Position numbers and translations under genes: made by a program | The notes under the pieces: model-generated | Seen by the model: only the letters and a program-made list of their open reading frames with translations | Databases searched by the model: none | Told to the model about the DNA's origin: nothing | NCBI GenBank assembly: GCA_044230495.1 | Contig: JBGARB010000004.1 | Coordinates: 438 to 64,437 of the forward strand | Origin: Rhodocyclaceae bacterium | GTDB lineage: Bacteria; Pseudomonadota; Gammaproteobacteria; Burkholderiales; Rhodocyclaceae | DNA length: 64,000 nucleotides | Direction of reading: 5' to 3' | Shown here: positions 59,712-64,000 of the stretch, in pieces | How positions within the stretch are numbered: position 1 is the stretch's first letter | Layout: every line of letters starts with the position of its first letter

Positions 59712-61850
59712 TCAGCCGCCGATGATGCCGCCGTCGGCACGACGCACGATGACGGTCGCCGAACGTGGCCGCGCGCCGGCTGTCGGCCATTGCGAGAAAG
59801 CCGTTGGATTGCGCGCCGTGTCGTTGTCCGTGAAGGTCGTGCCGGCCTGCGTCTTCGGCGCCCGCGGGTGGTTGCCGACTTCGCCGGGATGCTGCACGTT
59901 GATGAACATCGTCGTGCGGTCCGGTGTCCAGGTCACGCCGGTGATTTCGCAGCCGGACGGACCGACGAGGAAGCGGCGGATTTCCTTCGTCGTCGGGTCG
60001 GCCACCAGCATCTGGTTGTTGCCCATGTTGGCGAAGTCACCCGAATTGGCATAGCTGCCGTCGGTCTGGATCCACAGCCGGCCGAAGCTGTCAAAGGCCA
60101 GACCATCCGGGCTGTTGAACAGGTTGGAGGCAGTGACATTAGATGACGGCTTGCGCGCGTCGGTGATCGACGGCTGCCCCGCGAGAACGAAGATGTCCCA
60201 CGCGAAGGTGAGCGCCGTCGGGTCGCCACCGGCTTCATTCCAGCGGATGATGTGGCCCCAGACGTTGTTGGCGCGGGGGTTCGCTTCGTCTGCCGGCGGG
60301 CGCGCCGAACCGGCCGACGTCGTGCCGTCCGGCTTGTTCGACACCGTGCCGCCACGGCGGTTGTTGTTGGTCAGCGTGCAGTACACCTCGCCGGCCTTCT
60401 TCGGGTTGGCGGCGATCCACTCGGGGCGATCCATCATCGTCGCGCCGACGCGATCGGCGGCCTGGCGCGTCTTGATCAGGATGTCGGCCTGGCTGGCGAA
60501 GCCGTTCTCGGCGGTGAGGCCGTTCTGACCATGCACGAGCGGAATCCAGCTGCCGGTGCCCATGTTGTCGGCGGCCGTCGCGCCAGCCTCGAACTTGGCC
60601 ACGTAGAGCGTCCCGCTCTCGAGCAGCTTGCGGTTGGCGGCGCCTGTGGGATTGCTCGCGTCGTAGGTGCCGGCGGAGACGAACTTGTAGATGTACTCGT
60701 TGCGCTCGTCGTCGCCCATGTACACGACCACCTTGCCGTTGGCGGCGATGACATGCTCGGCGTTCTCGTGCTTGACGCGTCCGAGCGCCGTGCGCTTGAC
60801 GGGCTTGGATGCCGGCGCGAACGGATCGATCTCGACGACCCAGCCGAAGCGGTGCGGCTCGTTGGGATTGACATCGGCATCGAAGCGCGGATCGACGGTG
60901 TGCCAGCGGTAGCCGAAGCCGGCGGTGGTAATGCCATAGCGCGATTGTCCGCCGACGATCTCGGCCTTCTGGTCCTGGAATTCCGGTGCGATGCTGGCGC
61001 CGCTGGTCGGCGCGCCGAAATAGCCGTTCCAGTTCTCTTCGCAGGTCAGGTAGGTGCCCCACGGCGTCCAGCCGTTGGCACAGTTGTTGAGCGTGCCGAG
61101 CACCTCCGTGCCGGTCGGGTCGGCGGCTGTCTTCATCAGCACGTGGCCGGCGGCGGGGCCTTGCAGCGTCATCGGCGTGTTGCCGTGGATGCGCCGGTTG
61201 TAGGGCGAGGTCTTGACGTGCTCCCACGCACCGCTGGCGTTGCGCTTGATGTGCACGACGCTGACGCCGTGCGCGGCCTGCGCCCTGCGCGCCTTCTCGA
61301 GCGTGAAGGGCGCCATCCAGTCGGCGGCGTCGGTATCCGGCGCGTAAAAGTACTCGGGGTTGATGTACTCGTGATTCATCACCAGCAGGCCTTCGTCGCT
61401 GCGGTCGCCCGGCGCGTTGCCGGCGGCGTTGAAGCCGAAGTAGCGCATGCCGTCGTGGTTGTCGCCGATCTGCTGCTCCTGATCGAGCGCAGTGTTCATG
61501 GCATCGCTGCGCCAGGCCGGACCGAAGGCATTGATCGGTTCGCCCCACGGCAGGAAGGGCGTGGCGGTATAGCCGGTGGGCACGACGACGGTATCGCCGG
61601 TGGCAGTGGCAATACCTTCGAAGCCGAACAGCTTTTCGGCAGCCGGCGTGGCGGCGGCAGCCTTGCCGTCGCCGTCGCCAAGGCAACCGCCGAGGCCGCC
61701 GAAAAATGGCACGGCGGCAAGCCCGAGGCCGCTCTTGAGCAACGAGCGACGCGTCGGGTTGGCCGCGATGGCGCGGTCTACGACTTCTTCAAGGTGCGAA
61801 TTTTGCGACGGGTTGGTGACGCCGTCGTCGTCGAGCAGGGATTGCGACAT
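59712..61850 (-). CDS. phoX: PhoX-family alkaline phosphatase (DUF839), Tat-exported
   Basis: Trimmed to MSQSLLDDDG (ATG 61850). It has a twin-arginine signal (NPTRRSLLKSGLGLAAVPF) and a beta-propeller PhoX-like body ending …RPRSATVIVRRADGGIIGG. Confidence 0.85.
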   Translation of the reverse strand: MSQSLLDDDGVTNPSQNSHLEEVVDRAIAANPTRRSLLKSGLGLAAVPFFGGLGGCLGDGDGKAAAATPAAEKLFGFEGIATATGDTVVVPTGYTATPFLPWGEPINAFGPAWRSDAMNTALDQEQQIGDNHDGMRYFGFNAAGNAPGDRSDEGLLVMNHEYINPEYFYAPDTDAADWMAPFTLEKARRAQAAHGVSVVHIKRNASGAWEHVKTSPYNRRIHGNTPMTLQGPAAGHVLMKTAADPTGTEVLGTLNNCANGWTPWGTYLTCEENWNGYFGAPTSGASIAPEFQDQKAEIVGGQSRYGITTAGFGYRWHTVDPRFDADVNPNEPHRFGWVVEIDPFAPASKPVKRTALGRVKHENAEHVIAANGKVVVYMGDDERNEYIYKFVSAGTYDASNPTGAANRKLLESGTLYVAKFEAGATAADNMGTGSWIPLVHGQNGLTAENGFASQADILIKTRQAADRVGATMMDRPEWIAANPKKAGEVYCTLTNNNRRGGTVSNKPDGTTSAGSARPPADEANPRANNVWGHIIRWNEAGGDPTALTFAWDIFVLAGQPSITDARKPSSNVTASNLFNSPDGLAFDSFGRLWIQTDGSYANSGDFANMGNNQMLVADPTTKEIRRFLVGPSGCEITGVTWTPDRTTMFINVQHPGEVGNHPRAPKTQAGTTFTDNDTARNPTAFSQWPTAGARPRSATVIVRRADGGIIGG

Positions 61851-61940
61851 GGTGAGGCTCCATCGTGGGTCGGGAAGGCGCGCAGTCTGGTGCGCGTCCA
61901 TGACGCCACGATGACGCTCACGTGACGCAAGGCCAGCCGA

Positions 61941-62246
61941 TCACGGCTTGCCGTCCTTGATGGCGAACTTTTCCCGCGACTTGCCCGCCGCTTCGGCCGC
62001 AGCCAGCCAGCGCGGCGTGCGCCCCCGCCCGCTCCAGGTTTCGCCGCTGGCGGGATTGCGGTATTTGGGTTTCACCGGCTTGCGTTTGGCCTTGCGTTCC
62101 GACAGGTCCGCCGCCGTGATGCCGTAGGCCTTCATCTTGGCGCGGATGTCGTCGACGACGGCAGCAAGTTCGGCGGCACGAACGGATTCGGCCTCGCGCT
62201 GCAAGCGGGTGATTTCGGCTTGCAGGTCAGCATAGCTCTTGGGCAT
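61941..62246 (-). CDS. H-NS-like nucleoid-associated protein (Bph3/BpH3 type)
   Basis: Trimmed to MPKSYADLQAEITRLQREAE (ATG 62246, AGGAG RBS). It has an N-terminal coiled coil and a C-terminal YRNPASGETWSGRGRTPRWL DNA-binding motif; 101 aa. Confidence 0.8.
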   Translation of the reverse strand: MPKSYADLQAEITRLQREAESVRAAELAAVVDDIRAKMKAYGITAADLSERKAKRKPVKPKYRNPASGETWSGRGRTPRWLAAAEAAGKSREKFAIKDGKP

Positions 62247-62320
62247 GGATCGGCTCCTGGGCTTCATAATGGCTTTCACGGCTGGCTTACGCCCGCGCAG
62301 GGGAAAACAGGAAAACGACG

Positions 62321-63340
62321 ATGGCACATTATCTGGTGACGGGCGGCACGGGTTATATCGGCAGCCATACGGTAATTGAATTGCTCAATGCCGGCGACAA
62401 CATAACCATTATCGACAATCTTTACAACAGCGATATCGAGGTATTGAACCGCATCGAGCGCATTTGCGGCCGGCGACCGGCGTTTGCGCACGCCGATATT
62501 CGCAACGGAGAGGCGCTCGACGAGATATTCCACGCCGGCGACATTTCGGCGGTGATCCATTTCGCCGGCCTCAAGGCGGTCGGCGAGTCGGTCGAAAAGC
62601 CCCTCGAATACTACGACAACAATGTCTTCGGCACGCTCGCGCTGTTGCATGCAATGCAGCGCGCCAACGTGAAACGGATCGTTTTCAGTTCGTCGGCGAC
62701 CGTTTATGGCACGCCGGCTTCCGTGCCGATCCGCGAAGATTTTCCGTTGAGCGCCACCAATCCCTACGGGCAATCGAAATTGATGATCGAGCATATTTTG
62801 CGCGATCTGGCGATTTCCGACCCGTCATGGAAAATCGCCATCCTGCGCTATTTCAATCCGGTCGGCGCGCATGCCAGCGGATTGATCGGCGAATCGCCCA
62901 ACGGCATTCCGAACAATCTGCTGCCCTACGTGTCGCAGGTCGCGGTCGGCAAGCGCGAATGCCTGTCCGTATTCGGCGGCGACTACCCGACGCGCGACGG
63001 CACCGGCGTGCGCGACTACATCCATGTCGTCGACCTGGCTCGCGGCCACCTGGCGGCGTTGCACGCGCTCGATGGCGCGCGGGAAACGCTGGTCGTCAAT
63101 CTCGGCACCGGCAACGGCTACTCGGTGCTGGAGATGGTGCGTGCTTTCGAGGCCGCGAGCGGACGACCGGTGCCTTACCGTGTCGTCGCGCGGCGCCCCG
63201 GCGACATCGCCGAATGCTTCGCCGACCCGGCGCATGCACGCGCCGTCCTCGGCTGGCAGGCCGAGTTCGACCTCGCGGCGATGTGCCGGGATGCCTGGAA
63301 CTGGCAGCACAACAACCCGGATGGCTACGCGCGCCCGTAG
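62321..63340 (+). CDS. galE: UDP-glucose 4-epimerase
   Basis: MAHYLVTGGTGYIGSHT…, YGQSK catalytic motif; 339 aa. Confidence 0.95.
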   Translation: MAHYLVTGGTGYIGSHTVIELLNAGDNITIIDNLYNSDIEVLNRIERICGRRPAFAHADIRNGEALDEIFHAGDISAVIHFAGLKAVGESVEKPLEYYDNNVFGTLALLHAMQRANVKRIVFSSSATVYGTPASVPIREDFPLSATNPYGQSKLMIEHILRDLAISDPSWKIAILRYFNPVGAHASGLIGESPNGIPNNLLPYVSQVAVGKRECLSVFGGDYPTRDGTGVRDYIHVVDLARGHLAALHALDGARETLVVNLGTGNGYSVLEMVRAFEAASGRPVPYRVVARRPGDIAECFADPAHARAVLGWQAEFDLAAMCRDAWNWQHNNPDGYARP

Positions 63341-63355
63341 CGGCGCGCACGGCGA

Positions 63356-64000
63356 CTACGCGCGTCCGTAGGTATCCTCGAAGCGCACAATGTCGTCTTC
63401 GCCGAGGTAGCTGCCCGACTGCACCTCGATGATCTCCAGCGGAATGGTGCCGGGGTTGGCGAGGCGATGCGTCTGCCCCAGCGGAATGTAGGTGCTCTGG
63501 TTTTCGCCGAGCACGACCCGGGCTTCGCCGTTGGTGATCTCGGCTGTGCCCGATACCACAACCCAGTGTTCCGCGCGGTGGTAGTGCATCTGCAGGCTGA
63601 GCGAGGCGCCCGGCTTGACCATGATGCGCTTGACCTTGAACCGCGTGCCTTCGTCGATGCTGTCGTACCAACCCCACGGCCGCTGCACCTTGCGATGCAG
63701 GCTTTGCTCGGCGCGATCCTCGCTGACGAGGCGGGCAACGATCTTCTTGACGTCCTGGCTGCGTGAGCGGTCGGCCACCAGCACCGCATCCGGCGTCTCG
63801 ACGATCACCACGTTGTCCAGACCGACGACGCCGACGAGCCGGCTGGTCGCATGCACCAGCGTGTTGCGGCTGTCTTCGAGCAGCACGTCGCCCACCGCGC
63901 AATTGCCGTCGGCGTCCTTGCCGGCCATGTGCCACACCGCATCCCATGCGCCGAGGTCGTTCCAGCCGGCATCGAGGACCACCATGCGCAGATCGATGCC
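63356..64000 (-). CDS. manC: mannose-1-phosphate guanylyltransferase / mannose-6-phosphate isomerase; only the C-terminal part is in the window
   Basis: A C-terminal cupin region is present: …RPWGWY…KRIMVKPGASLSLQMHYHRAEHWVVVSGTAE…IPLGQTHRLANPG… The reading frame continues past 64000. Confidence 0.9.
   Translation of the reverse strand, partial: GIDLRMVVLDAGWNDLGAWDAVWHMAGKDADGNCAVGDVLLEDSRNTLVHATSRLVGVVGLDNVVIVETPDAVLVADRSRSQDVKKIVARLVSEDRAEQSLHRKVQRPWGWYDSIDEGTRFKVKRIMVKPGASLSLQMHYHRAEHWVVVSGTAEITNGEARVVLGENQSTYIPLGQTHRLANPGTIPLEIIEVQSGSYLGEDDIVRFEDTYGRA

Overview
All calls below come from reading the sequence and the supplied ORF track by eye; no searches were run.

**Overall.** This is a GC-rich chromosomal segment that looks beta-proteobacterial (Rhodocyclales- or Burkholderiales-like gene content and an H-NS/Bph3-like gene). 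That taxonomic guess is inference only. I count about 55 protein genes. I recognised no rRNA, tRNA, CRISPR array, transposase, integrase or phage gene.

**Gene blocks, in order:**
- 1-4761 (-): start of the dcw cell-division cluster, mraZ-rsmH-ftsL-ftsI-murE, with three GTGGG repeats upstream of mraZ.
- 5057-14453 (+): one long same-strand run.
  - A ferredoxin/FNR-like protein.
  - A stand-alone S24 LexA-like domain.
  - Three unknowns.
  - hyi, a broken glycerate kinase, and glcDEF.
- 14521-18958 (+): pntA, pntB and two short-chain/NAD-binding oxidoreductases.
- 18968-24521: a TerC-family gene, an apparently frameshifted diguanylate cyclase, and uvrA.
- 24561-33217 (-): type IV pilus minor-pilin operon pilE-fimT-pilV-pilW-pilX-pilY1 plus a TonB-C-like gene. 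A divergent NarL-type two-component pair follows.
- 35323-47628: a six-gene hyf/hyc-like membrane complex, flanked by two atypical SulP transporters.
- 47657-64000:
  - Signalling and cofactor genes: an MCP, a HAMP histidine kinase, a PduO-type adenosyltransferase and a cNMP-binding protein.
  - Envelope and biosynthetic genes: a GT39/ArnT-like glycosyltransferase, DAHP synthase and DegP.
  - A rhombosortase with a GlyGly-CTERM S8 protease.
  - A DUF1348-like protein, PhoX and an H-NS-like gene.
  - galE and manC (partial).

**Most interesting signals:**
1. A non-palindromic 25-bp repeat, AAACTACAGTGGTGGYGRSACGGCG, occurs 13 times on both strands.
   - It lies in every convergent intergenic spacer of 9 bp or more except the 15-nt galE/manC gap.
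   - It also lies inside murE, glcE, a SulP gene, a glycosyltransferase and a hypothetical gene without breaking the reading frame.
2. The hydrogenase-like complex has a large subunit that has lost all four NiFe-ligand cysteines. This makes it an Ehr-type complex of unknown function.
3. An operon of unknown function is built around a probably inactive S24 domain.
4. PilY1 is oversized and carries a Cys-rich internal repeat insert.
5. Two genes look disrupted: glycerate kinase and the diguanylate cyclase.
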